Below are positions 27,236 to 39,830 of a DNA stretch of 64,000 bases, in pieces. The stretch lies in the NCBI RefSeq assembly GCF_963921235.1, contig NC_086106.1:19530001-19594000 (forward strand), read 5' to 3'. Origin of the DNA: Mobula hypostoma (taxonomy: Eukaryota). The translations under genes were made by a program, and so were the position numbers. The notes under the pieces were generated by a model that saw only the letters and a program-made list of their open reading frames with translations, made no database searches and was not told the origin of the DNA. The first letter of the stretch is position 1. The number at the start of each line of letters is the position of its first letter.

Positions 27236-27410
27236 CAGAGGCTCGGAGTAAACAGGAAAGGTGTAAAGTCCCAGGGGTTGTGAAGGGCCTCAGACTGCAT
27301 TGTCTGTTGATTGTGCTGTCGTTGGGATTGCAGTGTCAGAGAATGCAATGTGAGATAAGGAAGCCAAAAGTTTGTGTTTCATGGGATGTCTCTGTTAGTC
27401 AATTAGTTAC

Positions 27411-27553
27411 CTTGACAACGGTGACAAAGGTGCTGTAGAGGAAACTGATGATGAACAGAATGGCAAAGGCAGCAACTGTAAGCACATTGTCATCTCCATC
27501 CACGTGTCCCTGTTCTTCCTTCCCCTCCTCTCCTGTCAAGTCTGTGCAGGTTT
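27411..27553 (-). CDS. IgW: Ig transmembrane exon TM1
   Basis: Acceptor CTCTCTTTCTCAATTGTTTCAG, phase 1. ETCTDLTGEEGKEEQGHVDGDDNVLTVAAFAILFIISFLYSTFVTVVK has an acidic spacer and the conserved antigen-receptor TM motif (F..LF..S..YST.VT). Phase-0 donor AAG|GTAACT. Confidence 0.92.
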
Positions 27554-28833
27554 CTGAAACAATTGAGAAAGAGAGACGGTTAGATTCTTGTCAATGTTTC
27601 TTGAAGATCAACAGGGCAATAAACTTGAGTAAATTTGATGACTTGAGTCATGTTTCCTCACAGCATGTCATTTGTAACTTGGGAGCCCCTGGACAGAACT
27701 AAATTAACTGGTTTCTTTGAATCTGCTATGTTCGCTCCACTAAAAATATTGACCAGATCTTCACTTAGTGTTCATTAAACATCATCCCAACTTGGAATTT
27801 ACTCTGGGGAGTGCAGGTATGTTCAGCAGTCCCTCCAAGACAGTTTGTCCAAAGACCTGGAGTTGGTTCCTGCCTATTCATTTCATCGATTATTGTCTCT
27901 GCAGTTAAAGCCTTCCAGATGCTGACAGACCTGCCGGCCTTGTGTGAGTGGCAAAAATTGGTCATGTCAAAAACTGCCCAATATCTAAACCATGAATAAA
28001 TCTAGTGAATAGTGTCAGCACTGAACACATTGCTGCAGGTCACAGGGCATCCTAGAGGGTTCCTATTGGGAATGGATTTCTTTTTTCATATGATGTTCAC
28101 CTGGAATATTCTGCTTTTACACCATCCAGGCCAATGTTTACACCATCAGTGATCTCTCCGCATCTAAAATATGAAGGCTTTTTACTTTTGGAAATGAAAG
28201 AGAAATTGTAGAAAGTGTTCAGTGGGATAGAAAACACTTGTGAACAGAGAAAGGGATAACATTGAGATAGCATCACACGTGTACTCTGTACCATTGCTTC
28301 AGCACTAGTTCTGTGCCTGGCTGAATACTGTACATCTCTCTGGTTTACTGGAACTCAACAACTGTCTGGTGTCCAGTTACATTCCACAATGCCTGCTCCA
28401 GTGGAACTCAGTTCCTCCAGTTCTGCTGACAGATAGACTTGCTCCATGTTTCTGAGACGCTGGTGTGCAAACATTGACCCTGCAGTCATTATTTCATCAT
28501 TCCCTCACTGACAAGGCTGGCATTCCTTGCTCTGCTCCAGCAGGCCCATCACAGAGCAGTGAAGAGTTTGGTGTGGGACTGATGGATACAGGTAAACAGA
28601 GTAGGAAGGCCAGTGTCCTTCACCAAAGAACATCAGTGAAATAGTTTGTAATCTAAAACTAGCTTGAAGCATTGAATGAACTCTGCTTCTTTCCCACTCT
28701 CTGCCTCTGCATTATTAATCCACTCACACAACTACAACAATGCCAGACTTGCCGTTACCTATTGACCTTGCTTGTCCCTGGGTTGTGACTGTGGCAGAGG
28801 ATGTCAACAGTGGAGTGAATCTCAGAATCATAC

Positions 28834-29157
28834 CTTGAATGTTTCTCACATCCTGCCTGACACTGGTGTTGGAGGGTGGATGAGACACTGTGCATCTGAA
28901 AACTGAGCCTTCCTTCCACTCCTCTGTGCTCACGGTCAGGACGTAGCTGGCAATGAAAGTCCCTGCCTGTTCCAGAGCAGTTGGTCTCACACTGGTGTTG
29001 GAGGAGATCAGAGAGTCCCCTTTCTCCCAGGTGACGGTTATTTGGTCTGGGTAGAATCCAGAAGCAACACACTCGAGGGTGACCGTGTTCCCACTCTTGG
29101 TCTCTCCCTCTGGCGGTGGCAGCAGTCTGACTTTGGGACCTTTTGTCTCCAGTGGAA
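28834..29157 (-). CDS. IgW: Second CH4-like exon (CH4')
   Basis: Acceptor CCCATCAG; VPLETKGPKVRLLPP...LECVASGFYP...FRCTVSH; donor CAAG|GTATGA; about 68/106 aa identical to CH4 by hand alignment; no stops. Confidence 0.88.
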
Positions 29158-29240
29158 CTGATGGGCAAACAATGGAAATGTCAAACATTTTCACTGAGGT
29201 AACCAACGTTGTCCATTTTAATCGCTGACCTCTTGCCCAC

Positions 29241-29543
29241 CTTTGGTACTTTTTGTCCGTGCTGATACCGGTGAGGTTGCAGAAGGTTGTTGGGCAGAGC
29301 AAGTGTACTCCACCCCACTGGTCCACTCCTCCACACTGGTCTGGAGTTGGCTGATCACTGTGTCTTGGATTCCTTCCTTTCTCGGTTTTTTGGTCACATT
29401 TGCTTTGATTTTCTCCCTCTCGTTCACCTTCCAGTGGATTTGGACCTGGCTCAGATCAGCACCCACAATCATACACACCAGAGTAGCGGTCTGGTTGATC
29501 CACATCTCTTCAATGGAGGGATTTTGGATAAAGACAGACAACT
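29241..29543 (-). CDS. IgW: Second CH3-like exon (CH3')
   Basis: Acceptor TCTACAG; ELSVFIQNPSIEEMW...VC...HW...YTC; donor AAAG|GTGGGC; same length as CH3 (303 nt) and about 54/101 aa identical by hand alignment; no stops. Confidence 0.88.
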
Positions 29544-30449
29544 CTGTAGATTAGAAATAGAAAATTTACAAACTGGACAGTATCTGCTGTCAGCTGGCTT
29601 GACAACTTCAGCTCAGACTTATCCTGTGCAGAATTGTACAACGGAATGAAATCAGGTTTGTTTACAGAGTGGGTTGCTCATCTCTGCTTACAACCTCTGA
29701 CTGAGAAAACAAAATCAAACATCAAGGAGCTTATTTCCTCAGGACCCATTTGGCTCACAGCAGGGACTGCAGGACAGTTGCCCAGCTACGTGACATTTAG
29801 CTGTTGGAGTGCCAATAGAATGCACTATCGGAGCTGTGAATTGCAATGAGAGGTGCAGTTTCTGATCAAAGACAGCATTTCCTGCAATCTTCTTGTCTCG
29901 GTGCACGTGAGAGTCTGTAGATCCATTTGTGACATTGACCTGAATCAATGAGCTGCCTCATATCTGTTCAGAATGATCCTGGGATTCCTCCAGATTGAAA
30001 ATTCTGATGTTGACTTTTGAATCTCCCATGAAAAATCTCTCTTTTCATCTCTGCAACTTGCCTGCCCCAGTCAATGATCTCGCTTTGTTTCAGTTGTCCT
30101 GTTCACTTCATCTCTTTCCATCTCTACACTTTAAACCTCCCTGCCATTCTATTTCCTGTGGAGTCTGCTTTTCATTTGCTGGACACTCATAGACATGGCT
30201 TTGTGTCCCATCATCCACATCATTAGTTTTATCAGTGAATATTTGCAGGGCCGACAAAGATCATCGCAGGACACTGCTCACGATTAAATCCTGCTGGGTT
30301 CAGTCCCCTGTCACATGACACTGTGATAATGGAGTTGTTGATGAATGATTGCAAACAATTTCAGTCCATTAGTCCACAGCAGATCCAGGCATGGTGTGGG
30401 GACAGCCACCTCAGGCCAACATCGGACAGTCACTGGAAGGGCCGAGCAC

Positions 30450-33050
30450 CATGATCAGTAAACACGAAATAGCACGCCCGGATTTGAACCAGGACATCTT
30501 GAGGAAGTCTCCGAACAATGACCACTAACATATCTCCTGTGGAACCAGAGGAGCCAACACTTGACCACTGTGATACCACCATCAACAACGGTTACCGTGC
30601 CAGCACATGGCCACACTTTGGTAAGGCCGATCACCTGGCTGTACTTCAACTCCCGGCATATAGGCAGAGACTAAAGACCACAGTGCTGGTAGTGAGGACC
30701 AAGAAGATATGGTCAAGGAAGTCACAAGTGCGCTTACAGGAATTTGAGCTGGTGAACTGGACAATATTCAGAGACCTTTCTTCAAATCTGAATGAATATG
30801 CCACAGTTGTCACCAACTTCATCAAGACCTGTGTGGATGAGTGTGTCCCTTCGAGAACATCCCGGATATACCAAATCAAAAGCTGTGGATGGAGCAGGAG
30901 ATTTGTACTCTGCTGAGGGCTCCTTTTATGGCAGTCTAGGCTGGTGACCCAACATGAGACAAGAAGCCCAGATACGAACTGCGGTAGGCTATTGGTTAAG
31001 ATGGTGCCAGAGTGCAATGCTCCCTCAGACAACGTCTTCCAGATAGCTCACAAAAATATCCTTTTTTGGTCCTTTGCGTCTGTTTTTCTCCTTAAATATG
31101 TTTCTCAGACTGTTACAGTTCGAGACTGCGATTTAGATTGGAGATTGTTTCAGTGATCCAGCGTTTTGCTATCTCCAAAAAGATTCTGAGTATGTACTCA
31201 GACGGCTTTGATGCAATGAAACTTCAAGACAGCGTGTGAGCCGATGATTGACTCCATTTCTCCATTTGAAGCATCCATTAAGTGAGAGAGAGTTTCAGTG
31301 CTGATGCCTGTGTTTTGATCACTGCTGGAGATGGATTCTGTGAGCGGCCTATTGCTGTGTGTCTCGCTGTGACAGGCGGGTCCGCCTCTCTGCCTCGTGT
31401 GGTGTCCCTCTCCTCTCTTTCAATGAATGTCGGTGATATTGGAGATGGTGTTGTGTTTCTGTGTTTATGGATTGGACAGTTGTGTTTATGGATTGTGGAC
31501 ATTTTCAGACCTATCGTTTTTATATTCTGTGTTTTTTATTGCCCGTTCCTTTTCCGTTTTGTTGTGCAAGGGGAGGGTGTTCGGGGTTTGATGTTCTGTT
31601 AGTTTTTTGTGTGGGGGAGGGTTTGTTTTTTGGGGGGGTCAATGTTCCTGCTCCGTTTTCTGAAGGGAGAGGGGGTTATTGGGGGCAATTGATGATCAGG
31701 ATGCTGTTTTTGTCGGTGGGGGTGGTGGTGAAGGGATGGGTTTGATGTTTCTCTCTGAACGACTTTCATATTCTTTCTTGTTTTTGTGGCTATCTGGAGA
31801 ACAGAAATTTCAAGTTGTATGTGGATACAGGCTTTGATAATAAGTGAACCTTTGAACAATTCCAATTGAACTTAGAGAAGGAATCAGATCCCCTTCAGCT
31901 CTGGCAGACTTTTCAGGCCATTACTTCCTACAAGGTGAAACCAAACAACATGAATGGCAGTGATGCTTCATTCCCAGATGAGCTCAACGCCATTTAAGCA
32001 CACTTTGAAAGGGAGAATAAAACTACATGTGGGTAAATCCCTGCAGTGTCTGGTGACCCTGTCATCTCTGTCTCGGATGCCAACGTCAGAGCAGCTTTCA
32101 AGAGGGTGAATCCTCACACTGAATCAGGCCCTGATGCTGTGCCTGGTACGGAATTGAAAACCTGTGCCAACCAACTGGTGGGAGTGTTCAAGGACATCTT
32201 CAATATCTCACTGCTGCAGTCAGAGATTCCCATCCATTTCAAAAGAGTGAGAATCATACCAGTGCCCAAGAAGAGCAGGGTGAGCTGCTTCAATAACTAT
32301 TGCTCAGTTGCACCCACATCTACTGTGAGGAAATGCTTTGAGAGGTTGGTCACGGCCAGAATCAACTCCTGCCTAAGCAAGGACCTGGACCCACTGCAAT
32401 TTTCCTGTTCTCACAATAGGTCTACAGCAGATGGAATCTGACTGGCTCTCCACTCGGCCTTGGATCACCTGGACAATAACAATACCTGCTGAACGTCAGG
32501 ATGTTGTTTACTGATTACAGCTCAGTGTTCAGCATAATCATAACCTCAGTTCAAATCAACAAGCTCCAAAACCTGGGCCTCAAGGCCTCCATCCACAACT
32601 GGATCCTTGACATCCTCACTGGGAGACCACAGTCAGTGTGGATCTGAATGAGCATCTCCTCCTCACTGACAATCAACACTGGAGCACCTCAAGGATGTGT
32701 GCTTAACCCATTGCTCTACTCTCTCTGCACCCACGACTGTGCGGCTAGGTAGAACTCAAGTGGCATTTATAAATTTACTGTTGAGCAATTGTAGGCTGAG
32801 TTTCAGGGCGATGAGGAGGCATACAAGAGCAGGATAGATCAGTTGGGTTCATGGTGTTTCAACAACAACCTTACTTTCAACGTCGGTAAGACGAAGCAAT
32901 TGATTGCAGACTTCAGGAAGGGGGAGTCATGGGAACACACATCAGTCTTCATTGAAGGATCAGCAATGGAAAGGTTGAGCAGTTTCAAGTTCCTGGGTGT
33001 CAAAATCTTTGAAGATCAATCCTGGGTCCAACACACCTACTTCTTTATTT
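30450..33050 (+). mobile_element. Rex1/Babar fragments (30450-30960 APE end, 31870-33050 RT) with a Rex1-tailed SINE-like piece (31290-31860)
   Basis: PHFGKADHLAV, SGPDAVPG, IIPVPKK, FKFLGVKI. Confidence 0.72.
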
Positions 33051-33409
33051 GCATAGTTCTGGTCTCATCTTTTGTCTCTAATTCTAATCCTCTCTGTCTC
33101 TGTCTCCACTGAACTCACAAGAAGAAAACAGGAGGAAGTGCAGACCACCAGATTCCATCCTCTGGCCTGAGATTTCTGGGAATTCATTCCATCTGAGGGA
33201 TGAAATTTCTCTGTACCGCAGTTTCAAATGTCCTGCCCCTTACTTTGTAACTCTGTCCCCTTGTTTGTTGCTCTATGACAGGTGAAATTCTCTCAACATC
33301 TACCCTCTCATGCCCCTTTTACATCTGATATGTTTGTCCAGAAATCTGGATTCTTCTCAACTGCAAGCAATGCAGACACAGACTGTCTGGTCTTGGTCAT
33401 TGTCTGACA

Positions 33410-36400
33410 GTCACAGAGTCACAGAAAAGTACAGCACAGAAACAGGCCCTTTGGCCCATCTGGTCTGTGCTGAGCCATTTAAACTGCCAAGTTCCATTGA
33501 CTTGCACCCAGACCATTGTCCTTCATACCCCTCCCATCCATGTAACCATCCAAACTTGTCTTAAACATTGAAATTGAGCTTGCAAGCACCACTTGCTCTG
33601 GCAGTTCATTCCACACTCTCACAAAACTCTGAGTGAAGAAGTTTCCCCTCAGGTTTCCCTTAAACATTTCACCTTTCACCCTTAACCCATGATCTCTAGT
33701 TGTAGTTCCAGCCAACCTCAGTGGAAAAAGCCTGCTTGCATTTACCTTATCTATACCCCTGATAATTTTCTATATCTCCATCAAATCTCCCCTCAATCTT
33801 CTACGTTGCAAGGAATAAAGTCCTAACCTATGTAATCTTCCCTTATAACTCAGTTTCTCAGTCCTGGTTGCATCCTTTTAAACTTTCCCCATACTCTTTC
33901 AAGCTTATGTAGCTCCCCCCACCTTGGAACATAACAAAGACACCATTTTAATTAGCCTCTGCAGTAACATAAAAGTCGAAACCCCCTTACACTTATTTAC
34001 ACCTTTCCTGCAGGTAAGTGACCAAAGCTGAACAGGTGAAGATTTTTCCTCCTCATGAGTATGAAGGATGTAGGTAATAAAGTCAATTCAATTCAATTCA
34101 AATTAGGCCTCAAGGATGTCTTATACAACTTTAACATAACACCCCATCTCCTGTACTCAGTACTTTGATTTCTGAAGGCCAGTGTGCCAAAAGATTTCAT
34201 TATGATCCTATCTATGTGTGCCTCCATTTTCAATTAATTATGGACCTGTGTTCCCACATCTCTTTGTTGTACTGCACTCATCAGTGTCCCATCGTTCACT
34301 GTGTAAGACCTACCTCAGCTGGTCCTACCTACGTGCAACACCTCACACTTGTCTGCATTAAATTCCATCAGCCATTTTTCTGACTATTTTACCAACTGGT
34401 CCAGATCCCACTACAAGTTCCGATAGTCTTTCTTGCTGTCCACAACACCCACAATTTTAGTGTCAATTGCAAATTTGCTGATCCAGTTAACCATGTTATC
34501 ATCCAGATCATTGATACAACAATGGACCCAGCACCGATCCCTGCGAAACTCCACTCGTCACAGGCCTTGAGTCAGACAGGCAACCATCTACTACCTCCCT
34601 CTGGCTTCTCCCACAAAGCCAATGTCCAATCCAATTTGCTGCCTCATCTTAAATGCCATGCGACTGAAACTTCCTGACCACCCTCCCATTTGGGACCTTG
34701 TCAAATGCCTTGCTAAGGTCCATGTAGATAATATCCACTGCCTTGCCTTCATCAACTTTCCTAATAACTTCCTCAATAACCTCCATAAGATTGGTTAGAC
34801 ATGCCCTACACACACAAAGCTATGCTGACCATCCTTCATCAGTCCATGTCTGTCCAAATACAGATATATCCGGTCCCTTAGAATACCTTCCAATTGCCTT
34901 CCCGCTACAGATGTCAGGCTCACTGGCCTATAATTTCCTGGTTTCTTTTTACAGCCTTTTTAAAACTATGGAACGTCAGCTATCCTGCTGTTCTCCAGTA
35001 TCTCGCCTGGTGCTAAGGATGTTTCAAATATCTCTGATAGCAACCCCCACCCCCACAATCTTTAATTTGCTTAAAGACAGTAAACACCTCCTCCTCTGTA
35101 ATCTCTGAAGGGTCCATGTCGTCGCTTCTGCTTTGCCTCGTTTCTACAGACTATCTGTCCATCTCCCAAATAAATACCGATACAAAAAATCCATTGCTGG
35201 TCCCCCCATCCCTTTTGGCACCACAAATAGGTTTCCAATCTGATCTTCTAGTGAACCAATTTTGTCCCTTGCAAACACTGTGCTCTTAACATATCTGTAG
35301 AATCCCCTGGGATTCCCCTTCACTTTGTCTGCTTGGGCACCTCGTCCATTCTTTTAGCCCTTCTTATTTCTTTCTTAGGTGTTTTATTGCATTTCTTACA
35401 CTCCATAAGTACCTCATTTGTCCCTACCTGCCTATACCTGCTGTTCACTTCCTTGTACTTCTTAACCAAGGCCTCAATATCAAATGTCATCCTTGCCTTT
35501 TATTCTGACAGGCACATACAAGCAATGTGCTCTCAAAATTTCACTTTTGAAGGCTTCTCACTTACCAAGTACACCTTTGCCAGAAAACAGCCTGTCCCAA
35601 TTCACGCTTACCAGATGCTTTCTGATACCATCAAAACTGCCCTTTCTCCAATTTAGAATCTGAACCTGGGAACGAGATCTATTTTTTTCCAAATTTATTT
35701 TGAAACTCATGGCATTATGATCAGTACACAATCTTCTGTCACCTGCCCTGTCTCATTCCTGAATAAGAAATCAAGTATTGCGCACACTCTGTTGGGATTT
35801 CTATGTATTGATTCAGGAAACTTTCTTGAATACATTTGACAAACTCCATCCCTTTTGTAGTCTGGGTGTCCAAGTCAATTTGTGGAAAGTTGAAATCACC
35901 TCCTATTGCAACCTCGTGTTTCTTGCAATAGTCTGTGATCTCCCGACAATTTGTGCCTTTAAATCCTGCAGGGCGATCTGTTATATAGCCCCATTAACAT
36001 TGCCAATACCTTTCTTATTCCTCATTTCCACCCATAAAGTCTCAGGAGAGGAGTTCTCCAGTCTCTCCTGACTGAGGACTGCCGTGACATTTGCACTTCA
36101 ATCCCTCCCGCTCTGTTGGCATCTAAAAATTGGAACCCCAGAGTATTGAGCTGCCAGTCCTGCCTCTCCTGCAACCAAGTCTCACTAATGGTCACCATAT
36201 CATAATTCCATGTGTTGATCTCTGCCCTGACTTCATCTGCCTTTCCTACAATAATACTTGCTTTGAGATATACGCAGCTCAGAACATTACTCACACCATG
36301 CTCAACTTCTTGATTCCTGACTTCGTCTAATGTCTAAAAACATCTGTCTCCACAACCTCTCCACAATCTGTTCTGACACTCTGGTTCCCATCCCCTGCAA

Positions 36401-36480
36401 CTCTAGTTAAACCGGCATCCCCCGCGACCCCCACCATGCAGCACAAGCAAACCTTCTCAATGGGATATTAGTCCCCCTTC
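33410..36480 (-). mobile_element. Degenerate CR1 LINE in the CH6 to CH3' interval
   Basis: 3' end near 33410, RDHGLRV, DFSKAFDK-like and ISETWL motifs. Confidence 0.78.
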
Positions 36481-37089
36481 AGTCCAGATGCAATCCATCT
36501 GCCCTGACAGACAGATATTTAACTGCGCCATTGCAACAGAACTGTTCCCAACAATGGTATGTTTCATTTAGTTAGTGACACACAGGCACCAGATGAGGAG
36601 CAGCAATGTTAGTGGGGACAAGGAGCCCTCAAACAGTGATCCGACATCTTTGACATCGATACGACGTTTGGTCACTGGTTTCAACTCTTAACTCTTTGTC
36701 AGATTGCCGTACATTCTAATCTCTCTGACCATCAGTTGACAGCTGATCAGTGGGATACCCGATGCAGGAAGGGTTCAGATACCAGAGAAACAAAGATTAC
36801 TATTTCTCCTTGACTGTGTGTTACATGCCATGCCTCATGTTGAAAGTTCCTTTTTCTCATCACCAAAAATCACAATTAAGACACTTTCATGTAATATTTA
36901 TTGAACTTGGATCGGTACATTGACACGTACAAGGATATAATACATTGTGCAGTCCCACACAGGGCTGAAATCCATTCAAATGTGGCAGAAGAAGGTCTAA
37001 GAATGTACACACAAACTCAGAGATTTGTGGTGAATCATGTTTGTAGTTTAATTTGGTTCTTGATCTTAATTATTTTAAAAGGTCCAGAT

Positions 37090-37106
37090 TTTAATCATGT
37101 TTTAAT
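37090..37106 (-). terminator. Candidate polyA signals for the long secreted transcript
   Basis: Two ATTAAA hexamers (37090-37095 and 37101-37106) 80-95 nt downstream of the tailpiece stop. Confidence 0.5.
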
Positions 37107-37184
37107 CAGCTAAATAATCCTCTGTGATAATTAATAATCATAAAACTAACAAAACTAGGGTTTCATGGATTGAATCACACAGTA

Positions 37185-37570
37185 TTACACACAAGATTTA
37201 AAGCTATCAGTCAGAACGAGTGAGACATTGACCAGGGTGGGTTTGCTGTGAGATTTATTGATGCTTCGGAACAGGTTGGTTGTGAGCGACTCGTGACCCA
37301 CCACACAGGAGAAAGTGGTGCCGCTATTCCACTCCTCAGGAGAAACCTTCAGCTGACTGGTCATTGTGTTCCAGCCATTTCTGGGGTCCTTGGTCACTGG
37401 CTGGTTCACAAACCCTGTCTTCAGAAGGGTGTCATTGGCCATCCAGGCCACATAGATCTCTGCGGGAGAGAACTTGGTGACCAGACACATCAAGGTCACA
37501 GTCTGATCGGTGTCTACCTCATCCGATGAAGTGGGGAGGAGGTAGACATGAGGACGAGTCACAACACCAC
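37185..37570 (-). CDS. IgW: IgW CH6 exon with canonical secretory tailpiece
   Basis: Acceptor TGTTCCAG; GGVVTRPHVYLLP...LMCLV...FSCVVGHE; tail KPTLVNVSLVLTDSFKSCV* with an NVS sequon and penultimate Cys, as in IgM/IgA/IgNAR tailpieces. Confidence 0.95.
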
Positions 37571-38167
37571 CTGGAACAGAGAGAATCTCAGTTAGAATGA
37601 ATCTTCCGATAATTCCCTACTTACCCGACACATTCTGGTCTTGCACCAACATGAACAATTTCTAAATCTGAAGGGCTTCACTTGATCTGAAACTGAAGGC
37701 TTTTCCCTTTCTGCTCATCATTGGGATTTGTGGAGTGGAAATCTAGGACCTGCTGCATTTTACATCTTCCAGCGAGGTTAGTCTATTCAGCTTAATCAAT
37801 GGGAGTCACTGAACACGGCAACTCGACAGAAAGTGGAACTCAGCCCCTGGACTTGCATCATCCTGTGCTGTTTGTTCCATCTCCCCTGGAGCAGGGGTGG
37901 CAGTCTAAGCTGTGTACGTGTGAGAGGGAGTGAGAACCTGTGGAACTCTCTCCCACAGAAAGCACTTGAAGACATTATCTTATATATTCAAGAATGGGTT
38001 GAATATACTTCGGGTGAATGTGTCAAAGGATATCTGAAGAAAACAGGAACAGGGATTCAATTTGGAAGATCAGCTGAGACCAGATTGAATGGTTGAGCAG
38101 TGCTGGATGGTGATTAACCTGTCAAATAGCTAAGATCAGACTCACACTGAATTCTGTCCACACGTAC

Positions 38168-38488
38168 CTGTGTCCTTCCTGATGGATCTCTTCACTGGTG
38201 TTGGCAAACTCTTGTCCTCTATCACACACGAGTACTCAGCCCCACTGTTCCACTCTGCAGCAGGGACTGTCAGTCTGCTGGTGATCATGTCTTCACCTCC
38301 ATTGCTGTCTGGACCCAGAGTCCTCACCCCATCTTCTCTCTTCCTTCCGTTCACCTGCCAGGTTACACTGAATCCCTGTAAATCACTGTGAACCACCTCA
38401 CACAGAATGGTCGCTGTCCTCTTTGTCCAGATCTCTTCGAAGGGAGGTTTGCTTAAAGTTACTGAGAGCGGGGTATCTGAACAGTCAG
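38168..38488 (-). CDS. IgW: IgW CH5 exon
   Basis: Acceptor TTCTCCCAG; ADCSDTPLSVTL...ILCEVV...W...YSCVIED; donor ACAG|GTACGT; 321 nt. Confidence 0.93.
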
Positions 38489-39329
38489 CTGGGAGAAACG
38501 TCACAATTATTATTTCAAAATTCCCAAATGGATGAGTTTGTCTGTGACAAGACCAACATTTCCTGTTCATTCCTGGTCAATGATTTGCCAGTCCCATCAA
38601 GATGAGATGAGACCAATCTACATTGGTGAAGAAAGGAATCTCCCCTTTTGACCAAACAGGGTAAATACCCTGAGCAAACGTAAATGAACAAGATTGGCCC
38701 TCAGACTGTTTTTGCAGTTTCATGGTCACTTAAATTGTTACCAGACACTTATTAAAACAGATACAGAAAATCCCCAGTATTTCAGACTGTGTCGGTGGAA
38801 CGAGAAACAGAGCAAAGTTTCATGTGAAAATCTTCCAGAAAATACACTTCATATTTCAAAATTTCTGAGAAATATTTAGTTTTTGTCACAAATATTAAAA
38901 TGCACTCTTTTTGTCTATCAGGTGTAACTAACATTTGCTGCTGCTTTGTCAGAATGTAGTGTGTTCAGGCCGCCCTCCAGAGGCTTCTACACATTGTCCA
39001 GGCTGACTATTCCCACACAGGAGCAGAGGGCGAGCTACTCTGCTGGAAATTCAGTCACATCTGAGACACTGATCGGAGGCTGGGATTAGGTTCAAAGGTA
39101 GAGGGAGGGAGCATATTGAAGACGAGTATCAGCGAGTTCCAGAGAGTCTGTCGAGTGAAATGGTCTGGATTCTCCTCCAGTTATGAAAGTATTTTCTGGG
39201 ATACTCTTATTTCTATGGTAAAAGTGTGGATTATGTTGGTTGAGAGTGGAAAACAAACCGATGATTGGCTGATTTAAGTGCCAAGAGAGATGCAAAAGAT
39301 GAAGGCATTGAGGCTGAGTCAATGGACAA

Positions 39330-39720
39330 ACCGGTATTCAGCTCACTTCTCGATGAGGCTTCACTCGCCTCAGCACTGAACTGACTCTGCAGCTGCGGCC
39401 TGCAGCCATCGGCACTCACCTCAGCACTGAGCCTGGCTCCACGGCCGTGGCCTGCAGCCATCGGTCTCCTGCACCGGTTGCAGTGCTGAACTGGCAACGT
39501 GGCTGTGGATTTACTTCAGGGGGCTCTGAGTTCAGGTTCTGTGGATTGTTTGTTTGAATTTTTTTATTGTTTGCACAATTTGTTTTTTTCACACATTGGA
39601 TGTTTGACTCTGAATTCTATTGTGTTTCTTTGTTTTGTGGCTGCCTGGAAGAAGAGAATCTCAAGGTTCTATATGGTGCACATACTTTGGTAATAAATGT
39701 ACTTTGTACTTTGAACTTTA
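39330..39720 (+). repeat. Rex1-tailed SINE-like repeat in the CH4-CH5 intron
   Basis: 3' end TAATAAATGTACTTTGTACTTTGAAC resembles the ends near 31850 and 49260. Confidence 0.45.
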
Positions 39721-39830
39721 TCAGTTCACTCACATAACTAAACCTGGGCTGCACCATGATTCAGTGTTTACCTTGAATGCATAGCACAATGTAAACAATT
39801 TCAATAATGGGATGCATCCCAGGACCCTAC

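Noticed and set aside
28834-29543. CH3'/CH4' as part of a separate Ig cluster
   Set aside because: No V, RSS, J, CH1 or CH2 is visible between 29544 and 37184; that interval is repeats plus flank homologous to the CH3 upstream region.
36480-36900. Unique sequence downstream of the tailpiece as an extra TM or C exon
   Set aside because: The minus-strand frame I translated stops early, and I saw no hydrophobic TM motif or Ig Cys/Trp pattern.
39035-39060. Possible second secretory mini-exon (DVTEFPAE*) after CH4
   Set aside because: Weak polypyrimidine tract, no Cys or sequon, and no clear polyA signal.
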